64,000 nt of DNA from Rhodobiaceae bacterium (GCA_018651345.1 JABIEF010000050.1:27895-91894), one strand, 5' to 3'; positions 42,188 through 54,315 are shown, numbered from the stretch's first letter. A program made the numbers and translations. The notes: a model not told the origin generated them from the letters alone.

Positions 42188-44680
42188 TTATTTCTTCTTT
42201 TTGATTGCTTTTTTCTCTTCTATCAACTTCAAAGCTTCCTCGAGCGTAATTAATTCGGGTTCTATATTTTTAGGAATGGTTACGTTGGTTTTATCAATTT
42301 TTATATAAGGGCCGTATTTTCCTGTCATTACCGTTATAATAGATTTACTAACAGGATGTTCGCCAAGGCTTTTGATTTCATTTTTTTTCCCTTTTTTCTC
42401 TTTTTCTGCCAATAATGAAATTGCATGATTTAGTCCGACAGTAAAAACATCATCTATACTAGCTAACGATGCAAAAGTTCTATTTGTTTGTACATAAGGT
42501 CCATATTTTCCGATGGCTGCTAAAATAGGGTTCCCGGTTTCAGGATTTATTCCAACTGTTCGTGGTAAGGATAATAATAACAAAGCTCTTTCAATTGTCA
42601 TTTTATCGAGATCTTCATTTTTCGGTAGGCTTGCTCTTTTTGGTTTTACATCTTCATCTTCGTTGCTAATTTCTAAATATAACCCATATCTTCCTTTTTC
42701 TAAAGTTACCTCCTTACCGGTATTTGGATCTATTCCGATAATTTTATTTCCCAATATTTCGTCACCATTTTTATTTGACAGGGGTTGCAGGTGTTTGCAT
42801 TCTGGATAATTGCTACAACCTACAAAAGCTCCATTTTTAGAAGTTCTTAGACCAAGTTCACCATTGCTACAGGCAGGACATGCTCTCGGATTTGTTTTGT
42901 CTGCTGGGAATATATAAGGTTCTAATTTATCATTTAATTTATCTAATACAGCAGTTATTCTTACATCTGCTATTTCTTTGACATCAGCCTCTAAGCCGTT
43001 CCAAAATTCATTAAGCAATTCCAGTCTTGTATAATCACCATTTGAAATTAAATCTAATTTTTCTTCTAATTCTGCCGTAAAGTCATATTCTACATATTTA
43101 TTGAAGAAGCTTTCAAGGAATGCTGTAACAAGTCTTCCATTGCTTTCTGGTATGATTCTTTTTTTATCAATTGTCATATAATTTCTTGCAATTAATTTTG
43201 ATATAATGCTTGCATATGTGGATGGTCGTCCTATGCCTATTTCTTCCATATTTTTTATTATACTAGCTTCACTATATCTTGCAGGTGGCTCTGTGTAGTG
43301 TTGTGTACTTAAAATTTCTTTAGACTCCAAGGTTTCATCTTTTTTAAAGATCGGTAAGATTTTTTCGTCACCATCTTCATCACTTTCTATATTCTCGTTA
43401 TACACAGATAGAAATCCATCAAACAATATAACTTGACCGCTTAAACGAAAAATATTTTTAATTTTATCATTACCGATAATTTCTATATCTACGGTAGTTC
43501 GCTCGATTTCAGCATTTTGCATTTGACTTGCTAATGTTTTTTTCCAAATGAGTTCGTATAATTTGTACTGATCTGAATCAAGATGAATTTTTATAGATTC
43601 TGGACTTCTGTTTATTACCGTAGGCCTTATAGCTTCATGTGCTTCCTGAGCATTTTTTGCTTTTGTTTTGTATATATTCATTTTTTCAGGAATATATTGT
43701 TTTCCGAAGCCATTTTCGATTTCTTTTCTTATATTTGATACTTCGTTTGCATCTATTTGAACGCCATCAGTCCTCATATAAGTTATAAGACCTTCTGTTC
43801 CATTGACACCTTCATATAATCGTTGGGCTATCTCCATTGTTCTTGTTGCACTAAACCCTAATTTACGTGAAGCTTCTTGTTGAAGTGTAGATGTGGTAAA
43901 TGGAGGTTTGGGGTATCTTTTAACCTTTTTATTTTTAATATCATGCACACTAAAGTCTTTGCCAACTAAAGTGTCAGTTATATTTTCAGCGTCTTCTTTA
44001 TTTTTTATATCAAATTTTTCAAGTTTATTTTGATTTCTAGATACCAAAATCGATTTAATATAGTTTTTTGATTTTCCATTTTTTAAAAAGGCTTCAATTG
44101 TCCAATATTCTTCTTTTTTGAAAATATCAATTTCCATCTCGCGTTCGCAAATTAACTTTAGCGCAACTGATTGCACTCTTCCCGCTGATTTAGTTCCTGG
44201 TAATTTTCTCCATAGGACTGGAGATAGAGTGAATCCAACTAAATAATCTAAGGATAATCTTGTTTTATAGGCTTCAACGAGATTAATATCAATTTCCCTT
44301 GGCGCTTTCATTGCGCTTAAGACGGAATCTTTTGTTACGGCATTAAAAACAACACGTTCTACGGGTTTGTCTTTTAGGGTTTTTTTCTTTTTTAAGATTT
44401 CAAGAATATGCCATGAAATAGCCTCACCTTCGCGGTCTGGATCCGTTGCTAAAATTAATTTTTCTGCTTTTTTTAAGCTCTCATTTATTTCATTAATTGT
44501 TTTTATTTTCTTTGGATCGGTTTTCCATTTCATTTCAAATTCATTTGTAGGAACAACAGAATCATTTTTAGAAGGTAGATCGCGAACGTGACCAACAGAG
44601 GCTATAACCTTGTATTTTGATCCAAGATATTTGCTTATCGTCTTGGCTTTAGCAGGTGACTCAACTATTACTAATATCAT
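42188..44680 (-). CDS. topA: DNA topoisomerase I
   Basis: 830 aa with a Toprim start (ILVIVESPAKAKTI), the catalytic Tyr region (GLITYMRTD), and a C-terminal Cys4 zinc ribbon. Confidence 0.97.
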   Translation of the reverse strand: MILVIVESPAKAKTISKYLGSKYKVIASVGHVRDLPSKNDSVVPTNEFEMKWKTDPKKIKTINEINESLKKAEKLILATDPDREGEAISWHILEILKKKKTLKDKPVERVVFNAVTKDSVLSAMKAPREIDINLVEAYKTRLSLDYLVGFTLSPVLWRKLPGTKSAGRVQSVALKLICEREMEIDIFKKEEYWTIEAFLKNGKSKNYIKSILVSRNQNKLEKFDIKNKEDAENITDTLVGKDFSVHDIKNKKVKRYPKPPFTTSTLQQEASRKLGFSATRTMEIAQRLYEGVNGTEGLITYMRTDGVQIDANEVSNIRKEIENGFGKQYIPEKMNIYKTKAKNAQEAHEAIRPTVINRSPESIKIHLDSDQYKLYELIWKKTLASQMQNAEIERTTVDIEIIGNDKIKNIFRLSGQVILFDGFLSVYNENIESDEDGDEKILPIFKKDETLESKEILSTQHYTEPPARYSEASIIKNMEEIGIGRPSTYASIISKLIARNYMTIDKKRIIPESNGRLVTAFLESFFNKYVEYDFTAELEEKLDLISNGDYTRLELLNEFWNGLEADVKEIADVRITAVLDKLNDKLEPYIFPADKTNPRACPACSNGELGLRTSKNGAFVGCSNYPECKHLQPLSNKNGDEILGNKIIGIDPNTGKEVTLEKGRYGLYLEISNEDEDVKPKRASLPKNEDLDKMTIERALLLLSLPRTVGINPETGNPILAAIGKYGPYVQTNRTFASLASIDDVFTVGLNHAISLLAEKEKKGKKNEIKSLGEHPVSKSIITVMTGKYGPYIKIDKTNVTIPKNIEPELITLEEALKLIEEKKAIKKKK

Positions 44681-44697
44681 TTTTCTACTTTTAAATT

Positions 44698-45336
44698 TTA
44701 TTGTTTGTTAAATTTATCTTCTTCTTTGTTCAGCAATCTAATTATATTATCATAATGCCTATATATTAAAATTATGGCCATGAATATAGAAAATGTCATA
44801 AAAACATAAATTTCTTTATAAGTGTGTAAATTATATAAGTGCAGTAGAAGGATACTTGAAGGAATGCTTATAGATGCTAATATGCTGGAAAGAGAAGAGT
44901 ATCTGTGGATCTTGAAGATAACAATCCATAGCGCAATAAAAATTATTGCAGAATAGGGGTTTAGCACAATAAATACCCCTAAGAATGTAGCGACTCCCTT
45001 TCCGCCTTTAAATTTTAACCAGACTGGAAATAAATGGCCAATAAAGGCTAAAAATCCAAGAAATATCGCAAAATCTGGCAGGTATATTAGGCCAATTAAT
45101 GCAGAAGCTGAACCTTTTCCTATATCTAAAATCAATGTAATTATTGCTAGGGATCGATTTCCAGTTCTTAAAACATTTGTAGCGCCAATATTACCCGAAC
45201 CTATTGACCTGATATCAATGTTAAAGAAAAATTTTGATAATATTAAGCCAAATGGCATTGATCCCAATAAATAACAAAATAAGAAAACATATAAAGTATT
45301 TAAATTGAGTATTTGATTTAAGAGATTTTCAAACAT
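44698..45336 (-). CDS. plsY: glycerol-3-phosphate acyltransferase PlsY
   Basis: 212 aa, polytopic, with the GSGNIGATNVLRTGN motif. Confidence 0.93.
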   Translation of the reverse strand: MFENLLNQILNLNTLYVFLFCYLLGSMPFGLILSKFFFNIDIRSIGSGNIGATNVLRTGNRSLAIITLILDIGKGSASALIGLIYLPDFAIFLGFLAFIGHLFPVWLKFKGGKGVATFLGVFIVLNPYSAIIFIALWIVIFKIHRYSSLSSILASISIPSSILLLHLYNLHTYKEIYVFMTFSIFMAIILIYRHYDNIIRLLNKEEDKFNKQ

Positions 45337-45341
45337 AAAAT

Positions 45342-46646
45342 TTATTTAGCTTCGTATATTATTTTACCATTAACCATGGTCATAACAACCTTCCCCTGCA
45401 TTTTCTTTTTCTCAAATGCTGTATTTCTGCATTTAGAGATAAGATTTTCAGCTATTACAACCCATGGGGTATCCGGATTAAATAATACAATATCAGCTGG
45501 ATAGCCTTTTGCTATTCTGCCTGTATCTAATTTAAGTATTTTTGCTGGGTTAATTGTCATCTTTTCCAATAACTTTGGCAAGGATATAAGGTTTTCTTGA
45601 TAAATTGATAATGCTGCTGGTAATAACGTCTCAAGCCCAACTGCTCCGTAACCAGCCTCAATAAAGGGTCTTCTTTTAGTTTCTGTATCTTGAGGATCAT
45701 GACTTGAAATAATAACATCCAAGAGGTCGCTATTGGATAGCGCTTCAACCATAGAAACTCTGTCTTCTTCTGTTCTGAGAGGTGGTCTTAGCTTATGGAA
45801 AGTTCTGTAAGCACCTATATCGTTTTCATTTAACATTAAATTATTAATCGAAATTCCAGTGGTTACGTTAAGTTGTAATTCTTTAGCTTTCTTAATCACA
45901 TCCAAAGAACCTCTCGTTGAGATTGATAAGGCATGATATCTCGATTTTGTTAGTTCTAGTAATCTAAGATCACGCTCAAGTGATATTATTTCTGAAGCAG
46001 CAGGTGATCCGGGTAATCCTAATCTCAGAGAAACTTTCCCTTCGTTCATCACGCCATGATCGGATAAATCTTTATTTTGATTATGTTGCATAATTAGGGC
46101 ATCGAAATTTTTTGCGTAGATAAGCGCATTTCTCATAACTCTAGCATTCTTGATTTCATTATATCCATCTGAAAACGCTAGAGCTCCAGCTTCAGATAGT
46201 AGCCCTATCTCAGTCATTTCAATTCCTTTAAAACCTTTTGTTAGAGCAGCAATTGGATGAATATTTATAAGAGATTTTTCTTTCGCTCGTCTTTCTATGT
46301 AGTCAACTAACGCAACATCATCAATTATTGGATTAGTATCAGGCCTACAAACTAATGTTGTTATTCCTCCTGATGCAGCAGCATGACTAACGCCCTCGAG
46401 TGTTTCAATGTGCTCGTAACCAGGTTCTCCTGCAAATACCCACATATCAATTAAACCTGGTGAGAGGACATTGCCTTTGCAGTCAATGACTTTACTTTCG
46501 TTATCTGACTTTGGATATAACTCGCCAATTTTTATATCGTTTATTATACCGTCTGTAACAAGTAGGCTTCCCATTTTATCAAGGTTTGTTAAGGGGTCTA
46601 TTAATCTAGCATTATGAAAAACAATATTAGAATATCTTTTATCCAT
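45342..46646 (-). CDS. pyrC: dihydroorotase-like protein, probably non-catalytic (PyrC'-type)
   Basis: 434 aa aligned by eye to class I DHOase. The metal-binding D-x-H-x-H is replaced by IDMWVF, HxxH by YHALS, and DHAPH by SHDPQ. Adjacent to pyrB. Confidence 0.8.
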   Translation of the reverse strand: MDKRYSNIVFHNARLIDPLTNLDKMGSLLVTDGIINDIKIGELYPKSDNESKVIDCKGNVLSPGLIDMWVFAGEPGYEHIETLEGVSHAAASGGITTLVCRPDTNPIIDDVALVDYIERRAKEKSLINIHPIAALTKGFKGIEMTEIGLLSEAGALAFSDGYNEIKNARVMRNALIYAKNFDALIMQHNQNKDLSDHGVMNEGKVSLRLGLPGSPAASEIISLERDLRLLELTKSRYHALSISTRGSLDVIKKAKELQLNVTTGISINNLMLNENDIGAYRTFHKLRPPLRTEEDRVSMVEALSNSDLLDVIISSHDPQDTETKRRPFIEAGYGAVGLETLLPAALSIYQENLISLPKLLEKMTINPAKILKLDTGRIAKGYPADIVLFNPDTPWVVIAENLISKCRNTAFEKKKMQGKVVMTMVNGKIIYEAK

Positions 46647-46650
46647 AATT

Positions 46651-47607
46651 TTAATCCCTGTTATTCGATAAGGTTAGAGCTTCTAAAACCGCCATTCTAA
46701 CAGCCACTCCATTTTCAACTTGATCTATTATTACGCTTTGCGTATTGTCAGCTACCTCACTATCAATTTCAACCCCTCTATTCATTGGACCAGGATGCAT
46801 AACTATGGCATTTTTATTGGCTTTTGATAATTTATCACTTGTAAGACCAAAGTATTTAAAATATTCCCTTGCAGAAGGTAAATAACATCCGCTCATTCTC
46901 TCGTTTTGCAATCTAAGCATCATTATAACGTCTGCATCCTTAATTCCCTCTTCCATGCTTGTATATATTTTTGCACCATATGATGACATATAATCAGAAA
47001 GGAGCGTTAATGGAGCGACCAGGCTAACTTCAGCTCCTAATTTTGAAAGAAGAAGTAAGTTCGATCTTGCAACTCGACTATGAAGAATATCACCGCAAAT
47101 TGATATTTTCAGACCTTCTATTTTCCCTTTATTCCTTTTAATTGTTAATGCATCAAGAAGGGCCTGTGTAGGATGTTCATGAGATCCATCGCCTGCATTA
47201 ATAACCGAACAGTCAACTTTTTGTGATAATAATTCAGCTGCACCAGCTGCAGCATGTCTGATAACAAGTATATCTGGCTTCATGGCGTTTAATGTAATTG
47301 CAGTGTCAATTAAAGTTTCACCTTTTGTCACAGAGGATTGACTTATTGACATGTTGATGACATCTGCACCTAACCTTTTCCCGGCCAATTCAAACGAGCT
47401 TTGTGTTCGAGTAGAGGGCTCAAAGAATAGATTTATTTGCGTTAGACCCCTAAGAGTTTCGTGTTTTTTCTTAGATTTTCTACCAATTTCAAGCCATTTT
47501 TCAGATAATTTTAGGAGATAATTAATTTCATCTAATGAGAGATTTTCAACTCCAAGCAAATGCCTAGAATTAAAATTTATAGGTTCTATTTTTAATGTAC
47601 TTTCCAT
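46651..47607 (-). CDS. pyrB: aspartate carbamoyltransferase catalytic subunit
   Basis: 318 aa with the STRTQ(S)SFE carbamoyl-phosphate motif, and HPxQ and HPGP motifs. Confidence 0.96.
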   Translation of the reverse strand: MESTLKIEPINFNSRHLLGVENLSLDEINYLLKLSEKWLEIGRKSKKKHETLRGLTQINLFFEPSTRTQSSFELAGKRLGADVINMSISQSSVTKGETLIDTAITLNAMKPDILVIRHAAAGAAELLSQKVDCSVINAGDGSHEHPTQALLDALTIKRNKGKIEGLKISICGDILHSRVARSNLLLLSKLGAEVSLVAPLTLLSDYMSSYGAKIYTSMEEGIKDADVIMMLRLQNERMSGCYLPSAREYFKYFGLTSDKLSKANKNAIVMHPGPMNRGVEIDSEVADNTQSVIIDQVENGVAVRMAVLEALTLSNNRD

Positions 47608-47729
47608 TAAAAATATAGTTTATAACCATCCTGTGAAAATTCTGCAACATTTTTATTTTATTTTATTTTCCTTATATATATTTGTATTATATAATTTTTT
47701 AATTAATAAATTAAATTTTTGCATGGAAA

Positions 47730-48704
47730 GTGAATAATATTATGTCTATTGGTATTGCGATAATTGGTACTGGAAGAATAGCTGAAGTTGGATTTATACC
47801 AGCTATTTCAAAGGCTAATGGCGCTAAGATTGTCTCTATTTTAAGTAGAGATATGCTTAGAGGTGAAAAGTTTGCAAAAAAACATGGCATAAATTCCGTA
47901 TATACCGATATTGATCTTTTGTTAAAAGACCCCTTAGTAGACGCTGTTATAGTTTGTACCCCTGATGCAATGCATGAATCACAGGTTATAAAAGCTTGTC
48001 GCTCTGGAAAACATGTATTATGTGAAAAACCTATGTCAACATCAGTAAACAGTTGCTTGGAAATGATTGCTGAGATTGAAAAATCTAAAATTATTTTTGC
48101 AATGGGTTTTAACAATAGATTTAATGCGGGTCTAAAATATATAAAAAATATTATAAAAAATAATGAAATTGGACAGATTAGATATGCCAGAGCTTTTGTT
48201 ACAACACCTCAAAACGATCCAAATGGTTGGAGAGCTATAGGAAAACAGTCAGCTTTTTGGGCTTTAAGCGCTACAGGAACCCATATGATAGATATATGGA
48301 GGTGGTATTTTGGTAACCCTTCTTCTATATGTGCAAGCTATACCTCACCATTATATGGAGGGCCAAATGATGAAATTAGTAATATTATTTTTGAATATAA
48401 AGATAAATTACTCGCAGAAATCACCGCAGCTGCGATTTTGCCAAGAGCTAATAGGATTGAGGTATATTCTGAAACAGAGAGCATTGTAGGAGAAAATGTT
48501 TTTGGAATTGTTACAGATGAGATCATTTTTAGAAATGGTAAAAAAGTTGATATAAATCCATGCGATTCTTTTTTTGAAGAGGTCAGTGATTTTATTGATT
48601 CCATTAACCGCAATGCAGAGCCAAATTCGACTTATAAAGATGGACTTGAAAATTTAATGATTATGGAAAAAAGCAGAGAACATAACTTTCCTGTTGACTT
48701 GTAA
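47730..48704 (+). CDS. Gfo/Idh/MocA-family NAD(P)-dependent oxidoreductase
   Basis: 324 aa with the N-terminal Rossmann motif IGIAIIGTGRIA and an EKP motif. GTG start (ATG at 47742 is an alternative). Confidence 0.85.
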   Translation: MNNIMSIGIAIIGTGRIAEVGFIPAISKANGAKIVSILSRDMLRGEKFAKKHGINSVYTDIDLLLKDPLVDAVIVCTPDAMHESQVIKACRSGKHVLCEKPMSTSVNSCLEMIAEIEKSKIIFAMGFNNRFNAGLKYIKNIIKNNEIGQIRYARAFVTTPQNDPNGWRAIGKQSAFWALSATGTHMIDIWRWYFGNPSSICASYTSPLYGGPNDEISNIIFEYKDKLLAEITAAAILPRANRIEVYSETESIVGENVFGIVTDEIIFRNGKKVDINPCDSFFEEVSDFIDSINRNAEPNSTYKDGLENLMIMEKSREHNFPVDL

Positions 48705-48705
48705 G

Positions 48706-49179
48706 TCATTTTCTTTGGAAATAATTGAGCCTATCAAGCGCCCCTTGCAGAATATATGTTGCAGCCATCTTGTCTATCAGCAATTGCCTTCTTTTTCTGC
48801 TGACATCAGCTTCAATAAGCACCTTCTCGGCTGCAACTGTAGAAAGCCTTTCGTCCCAAAAAATAATTGGTAACGCGATTGATTTTTCTAAATTTCTTGC
48901 GAATGCTCTCGTTGCTTGGGTTCTCGGGCCTTCTGTTGAATTCATGTTTAGTGGCCACCCTAAAATAATTCCGCAGATATTAAATTTATTGATTATCTCT
49001 TGTAATTCAATTAAATTCTGAGAGAATTTAGTCCTTTTAATAACTTTTAATGGACTCGCTATTGTCATCGATTGATCAGATAAAGCGACACCTATAGTTT
49101 TCGATCCTAAGTCTAATCCAATTACCCTGTTATGGGGTTTTAAATGTATTTTTGCTTCTTCTATAGATTCGATTATCAT
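48706..49179 (-). CDS. ruvX: YqgF/RuvX putative pre-16S rRNA nuclease (Holliday junction resolvase-like)
   Basis: 157 aa with VIGLDLGSKTIGVALSD and WDERLST motifs. Confidence 0.92.
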   Translation of the reverse strand: MIIESIEEAKIHLKPHNRVIGLDLGSKTIGVALSDQSMTIASPLKVIKRTKFSQNLIELQEIINKFNICGIILGWPLNMNSTEGPRTQATRAFARNLEKSIALPIIFWDERLSTVAAEKVLIEADVSRKRRQLLIDKMAATYILQGALDRLNYFQRK

Positions 49180-49334
49180 TTTTTTTAATTTTACGTTTAA
49201 TTTTATACGATAATATTATATACAATTTATATTGTAAGTTTTATTAAAAGCATTCTAAGCCGTTTAATAATAATTTGTCTTTATTAATTTAAAATTATTT
49301 AACATTAGCTGACAGTAAACTAAATGAGAATATT

Positions 49335-49622
49335 ATGTCCATAGATGAAAAGATAGTAAAAAAAATAGCTACTCTTTCTCGTATTACAATATCAGAAAAT
49401 GAGATCACTAAATTAAGCTCTGAGCTTAATTCGATTATCAAGTGGGTTGAACAGCTGAATGAAATAGATACTACTGACGTTGTTCCAATGACAAGCAACG
49501 TTAACAATACTTTGCATTTAAGAAAAGATGTTATTAGCGATGGAAATATAGTAGATGATATTTTATCGAACGCACCAATGACTGAGGATGGATTTTTTCT
49601 TGTTCCTAAGGTGATTGAGTAA
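49335..49622 (+). CDS. gatC: Asp/Glu-tRNA amidotransferase subunit C
   Basis: 95 aa, GatC-like. First gene of gatCAB. Confidence 0.93.
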   Translation: MSIDEKIVKKIATLSRITISENEITKLSSELNSIIKWVEQLNEIDTTDVVPMTSNVNNTLHLRKDVISDGNIVDDILSNAPMTEDGFFLVPKVIE

Positions 49623-49627
49623 CCGTT

Positions 49628-51109
49628 ATGATAGATATTAAAAATCTAAATTTGAAGCAAATTAGAGATGGCCTTCAAAATAAATCATTCAAAGCGATAG
49701 AGCTAACAGAAACTTATCTTAATGAAATAGATAAAGCTAAAGCATTAAATGCTTTTATTACCGTTACTCCTGATAAAGCTATTTCTATGGCTAAAGAGAG
49801 TGATAATAGAATATCAAAAAATGAATCTCGTAATCTAGAAGGAATACCTCTTTCCATAAAAGATTTATATTGTACAAAAAATGTCAGAACAACAGCCGGT
49901 AGTAAAATATTAAAAAACTTTATTCCAACCTACGAGTCAACGATAACCAATAATTTGTGGAGCGATGGTTGTGTGATGTTAGGTAAGCTAAATAACGATG
50001 AGTTTGCTATGGGTTCGTCGAATGAGACTAGTTATTTTGGCCCATCAATTAATCCTTGGAAAAGAAAAAATGACGACATGCCGTTGGTACCTGGGGGTTC
50101 TTCAGGTGGATCAGCTGTTGCTGTTTCTGGATCTTTAAGCGCCGCAACTACTGCTACCGATACAGGAGGGTCTATTCGTCAACCTGCTTCTTTTACAGGT
50201 ACCGTAGGTATGAAAGCAACTTATGGAAGATGTTCAAGGTGGGGGGTTGTTGCATTTGCATCTTCATTGGATCAAGCGGGCCCAATTACAAAAACAGTTG
50301 TCGATTCAGCGATTATGTTAAAAAGTATGGCTGGCTATGATGTAAAAGATTCCACAAGCATAGATTTATCTGTTCCAGATTATGAAACGAATATCAATAA
50401 AAATATAAAAGGCAAAAGAATCGGAATTCCAGGAGAATATAAAATAAAGGGTTTAGACGCTGATATAGAAAAAAATTGGGAGGATGGTATAAGTTGGTTA
50501 AAAAGCGAAGGGGCGGAAATAATTGACATTTCTCTCCCCCACACAAAGTATGCCTTACCTGCTTATTATATAATTGCGCCTGCTGAAGCTTCATCTAATC
50601 TTGCTAGGTATGATGGCGTTAGATATGGAGAGAGGGTCCACCGTAAAGATCTAGATGAAATGTATTCAGATTCAAGGTCAGACGGTTTTGGCGAAGAAGT
50701 AAGAAGACGTATATTGATGGGAACTTATGTTTTGTCTGCAGGTTATTATGACGCATATTACTTGAAAGCACAAAAGACACGAAAACTGATCTCAAATGAT
50801 TTTGATAACGCATTTAATACCGTCGACGCAATAATGACACCAACAACTCCAACTACAGCATTTAATATTGGAAAAAAGTTTGATGATCCAGTAACAATGT
50901 ATTTAAATGATATGCTTACTGTACCTGTGAACATGGCAGGTTTGCCTGCTATATCTATTCCAAGTGGTCTTGACAAAGATGGTTTGCCGATGGGTCTACA
51001 ATTAATTGGAAAGCGATTTGGTGAAGACGATCTTTTCTCAATAGGTTCTGTTATTGAAGACTGCAGGGGAACATTTCCTAACCCTGCTCAATGGTGGATT
51101 GAGAAATAG
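49628..51109 (+). CDS. gatA: Asp/Glu-tRNA amidotransferase subunit A
   Basis: 493 aa with the amidase signature [11 protein letters not shown]. Confidence 0.97.
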   Translation: MIDIKNLNLKQIRDGLQNKSFKAIELTETYLNEIDKAKALNAFITVTPDKAISMAKESDNRISKNESRNLEGIPLSIKDLYCTKNVRTTAGSKILKNFIPTYESTITNNLWSDGCVMLGKLNNDEFAMGSSNETSYFGPSINPWKRKNDDMPLVPGGSSGGSAVAVSGSLSAATTATDTGGSIRQPASFTGTVGMKATYGRCSRWGVVAFASSLDQAGPITKTVVDSAIMLKSMAGYDVKDSTSIDLSVPDYETNINKNIKGKRIGIPGEYKIKGLDADIEKNWEDGISWLKSEGAEIIDISLPHTKYALPAYYIIAPAEASSNLARYDGVRYGERVHRKDLDEMYSDSRSDGFGEEVRRRILMGTYVLSAGYYDAYYLKAQKTRKLISNDFDNAFNTVDAIMTPTTPTTAFNIGKKFDDPVTMYLNDMLTVPVNMAGLPAISIPSGLDKDGLPMGLQLIGKRFGEDDLFSIGSVIEDCRGTFPNPAQWWIEK

Positions 51110-51137
51110 ACTATTAATGTTAATTAACGGATGAAAT

Positions 51138-52619
51138 ATGTCAGAAATAATAACTACAAATGAAGTAAGGCACCTAGTACAAGGAGGAATAGATTCATGG
51201 GAAATAATTATTGGATTAGAAATCCATGCCCAGGTTGTTTCAAATTCCAAGTTATTTTCAGGGTCCTCAACATCATTTGGATCTAATCCAATGTCACAAG
51301 TAAGCCTGGTTGATGCTGCTATGCCGGGTATGCTTCCTGTAATTAACGAAGAATGCGTCAGGCAGGCGGTAAAAACAGGCTTAGGGCTGCAAGCAAAAAT
51401 TAATAACACTTCTGTTTTTGATAGAAAAAATTATTTTTATCCTGATTTACCGCAAGGATATCAGATCTCTCAATTCAAATATCCAATTGTTGGAGAGGGT
51501 GAAGTGGCTGTAGATTTTAAAGACAAAGAATCAATTGTTGTTAACATAGAAAGGCTCCATTTAGAGCAGGATGCTGGAAAATCAATTCATGATCTAAGCC
51601 AAGATTATTCATATATTGATTTAAATAGATCAGGCGTCGCTTTAATGGAAATTGTTACAAAACCAGACCTTAGGAGTGCAGAGGAAGCTAAGGCCTTTGT
51701 TACGAAATTAAGAACAATTCTTCGTTATCTAGGGACGTGTGATGGAAACATGGAACAAGGATCTTTGCGTGCAGATGTTAATGTCTCTGTTCGAAAACCA
51801 GGTGACGCTTTGGGTATAAGATGTGAAATAAAGAACGTCAACTCAATAAGGTTTATTGGTCAGGCTATTGATTATGAGGCAGGACGACAAATTGATATTT
51901 TAGAAGAGGGTGGGATCATTAATCAAGAGACTCGTTTATTTGATTCCGCTACAGGGAAAACAAGAGCTATGAGAAGTAAGGAAGAGGCGCATGATTATAG
52001 ATATTTTCCAGATCCAGATTTATTACCTTTATATTTGAGCGATGATTTTATAAAACAAGTAGCAATTGAATTACCTGAATTACCTGATCAAAAGAAAGCA
52101 CGTTTTATAAACGATTATGGTTTAACTTCTTACGACGCAAGTATACTGGTTGCAGATAGAGTTTCTTCTGAGTTTTTTGAAGGAGTTGCTAAGGGAAGGG
52201 ACATTAAATTAGTTGTAAATTGGATTACTGGTGAATTATTTGCCTCTTTAAATAGATTAAGTCTTGATATTGCAAATTCACCAATTACCATTGAATCCTT
52301 AGGTCAATTGATAGATCTTATTAGTGACAAGACATTGTCCGGCAGGTTGGCTAAAGATGTATTTGAGATTATGTTAGATACAAAAGAGATGCCAAAGAAG
52401 ATAGTTGAAGAAAAAGGTTTAAGTCAAATAACAGATATGGCTTCAATTGAAGTTGTGGTTGATAAAGTTATCTTAGAGAATCCTGATAAAGTTGCTGAAT
52501 TGCTAGAGAAACCAAAATTAATTGGATGGTTTGTTGGTCAAATTATGAAAGAGACTGCAGGAAAAGCTAACCCAGCTAATGTAAATAAAATTTTAAGAGA
52601 TAAATTAAAATTAGGATGA
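51138..52619 (+). CDS. gatB: Asp/Glu-tRNA amidotransferase subunit B
   Basis: 493 aa, GatB-like ([26 protein letters not shown]). Confidence 0.97.
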   Translation: MSEIITTNEVRHLVQGGIDSWEIIIGLEIHAQVVSNSKLFSGSSTSFGSNPMSQVSLVDAAMPGMLPVINEECVRQAVKTGLGLQAKINNTSVFDRKNYFYPDLPQGYQISQFKYPIVGEGEVAVDFKDKESIVVNIERLHLEQDAGKSIHDLSQDYSYIDLNRSGVALMEIVTKPDLRSAEEAKAFVTKLRTILRYLGTCDGNMEQGSLRADVNVSVRKPGDALGIRCEIKNVNSIRFIGQAIDYEAGRQIDILEEGGIINQETRLFDSATGKTRAMRSKEEAHDYRYFPDPDLLPLYLSDDFIKQVAIELPELPDQKKARFINDYGLTSYDASILVADRVSSEFFEGVAKGRDIKLVVNWITGELFASLNRLSLDIANSPITIESLGQLIDLISDKTLSGRLAKDVFEIMLDTKEMPKKIVEEKGLSQITDMASIEVVVDKVILENPDKVAELLEKPKLIGWFVGQIMKETAGKANPANVNKILRDKLKLG

Positions 52620-53492
52620 CTTGAATATTTTTAAAATTCTACCGTCAACTAGTAATAGTCCTATTAAAACAAGTATTAAACCAAATATATGTTGGTATTG
52701 AAGTTTTTCATTTAGAAATATTATTGCCATTAATATAGCGCTTATAGGCATTAGGAGCGTTACAAGCATAACGTTAGAACCAATGCTGGCAATTAATTTA
52801 TAGAAAATTATATAGGCAATAGCCGTTGAAAGAATTGATAGTCCGAGTAATGGAATTATAGTTTGTTGGTTTATTTCAATAAGGAAAGGGTTTTCAATCA
52901 TTAATACAATTGGTAGGAAAAATATACTTGAAGCAGTCAACATGCCTGCTGCAGCTAAAATTGGGTTTATTGATCTTAATTTCTTTCCCACTAATGCAGA
53001 GAATGCATACGATATCGCTGCTACTAGTATGGCTGATTGGCCTAATACAGAGTTACTCATATCGCTCATATTAAATCCTATTAACACTGTAACGCCAATT
53101 ATACCGAGCAAAACACCACTAATTCTAGCGATAGTAGCTTTTTCGCCATTTGGCCAATAATTTGCCACAATAACGGTAAATAGGGGAGTTGTTGCATTTA
53201 ATATAGAGCTAACGCTTGCAGTTGTTTGGGTTTGCCCCCAAGCGATTAAATTGAAAGGTATTACATTATTTAATAGACCCATAATAAAAAATATTATTAT
53301 TAAGTCTTTGTTTAAATTTAATTTTATTTTTGTTATCACACAGAATATTATAAGGCAAATAGCTGCAACGGATATTCTAATAAATACAATAGATACAGGT
53401 GATGTGCTAACTAAGGCTAGTTCGATCCATATATAAGATCCTCCCCACAAGAGAGATAGGAATACCAGTCTAAGCCAATCTATTGATTTCAT
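52611..53492 (-). CDS. EamA/DMT-family transporter
   Basis: 293 aa, about 10 TM, with the duplicated EamA-domain pattern. Confidence 0.85.
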   Translation of the reverse strand: MKSIDWLRLVFLSLLWGGSYIWIELALVSTSPVSIVFIRISVAAICLIIFCVITKIKLNLNKDLIIIFFIMGLLNNVIPFNLIAWGQTQTTASVSSILNATTPLFTVIVANYWPNGEKATIARISGVLLGIIGVTVLIGFNMSDMSNSVLGQSAILVAAISYAFSALVGKKLRSINPILAAAGMLTASSIFFLPIVLMIENPFLIEINQQTIIPLLGLSILSTAIAYIIFYKLIASIGSNVMLVTLLMPISAILMAIIFLNEKLQYQHIFGLILVLIGLLLVDGRILKIFKSS

Positions 53493-53607
53493 TTAATTCC
53501 TAATGATTATTCATTATATCAATTTCTGTATTTAAAAACGATTAACATTAATTATTAATAATGTATAATAATATTATTAAATAATATAAACGAAAGACAA
53601 AGATACC

Positions 53608-54315
53608 ATGACCGATTATTCAGATAAAAAACCTGTAGAATTATATTATTGGCCTACTTCAAATGGATTTAAGATTAGTATTTATTTTGAAGAAACAGGA
53701 TATCCTTATAATTTAAATTATGTGAATATAGGGAAGGGGGAGCAATTTACAGAAAGTTTTTTAAAGATTTCTCCAAACAACAGAATGCCAGCAATTGTAG
53801 ACCCAGACGGACCGGATAACCAAGGCATATCAGTATTTGAATCTGGAGCAATATTACAATACATGGGAAGAAAAACTGGTAAATTTTATCCATCTGACGA
53901 GAAAAAAAAAGTAGAAGTTGACCAATGGCTTTTCTGGCAAGTGGGAGGATTAGGCCCTATGGGAGGGCAAGCTCATCATTTTAGAAATTATGCTTCAAAT
54001 ACATTAGATTATGCAGTAGAACGTTACACTGATGAAGTTAATAGACTTTACGGTGTTATGGATAAAAGATTAGCAGATAGAGAGTATCTTGCAATTGAAT
54101 ATTCTATAGCAGATATGGCCTGTATTGGATGGGTATTAAATCCAGAACGTAAAGGTCAAAATCTAGATGATTTTCCTAATCTAAAGAAATGGTCTGAATT
54201 AATGTTAAGTCGTCCTGCGGTTCAAAGAGGAATTAACTTAGGTAAAGAAAGAAGGCATGATTTATCCAAGGATAAAGAGGCACAAAAGATTTTATTTGGT
54301 CAAAAATCTAGATAA
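53608..54315 (+). CDS. Nu-class glutathione S-transferase (YfcG/YghU-like)
   Basis: 235 aa with ISPNNRMPAIVD, FESGAILQY and WLFWQVGGLGPM blocks, as in E. coli YfcG. Confidence 0.85.
   Translation: MTDYSDKKPVELYYWPTSNGFKISIYFEETGYPYNLNYVNIGKGEQFTESFLKISPNNRMPAIVDPDGPDNQGISVFESGAILQYMGRKTGKFYPSDEKKKVEVDQWLFWQVGGLGPMGGQAHHFRNYASNTLDYAVERYTDEVNRLYGVMDKRLADREYLAIEYSIADMACIGWVLNPERKGQNLDDFPNLKKWSELMLSRPAVQRGINLGKERRHDLSKDKEAQKILFGQKSR

Noticed and set aside
47651-47672. Pentanucleotide run (TTTTA)n in the pyrB/oxidoreductase divergent region, as a possible phase-variable tract.
   Set aside because: It has only about four copies, lies in non-coding AT-rich DNA, and has no link to a contingency-type gene.
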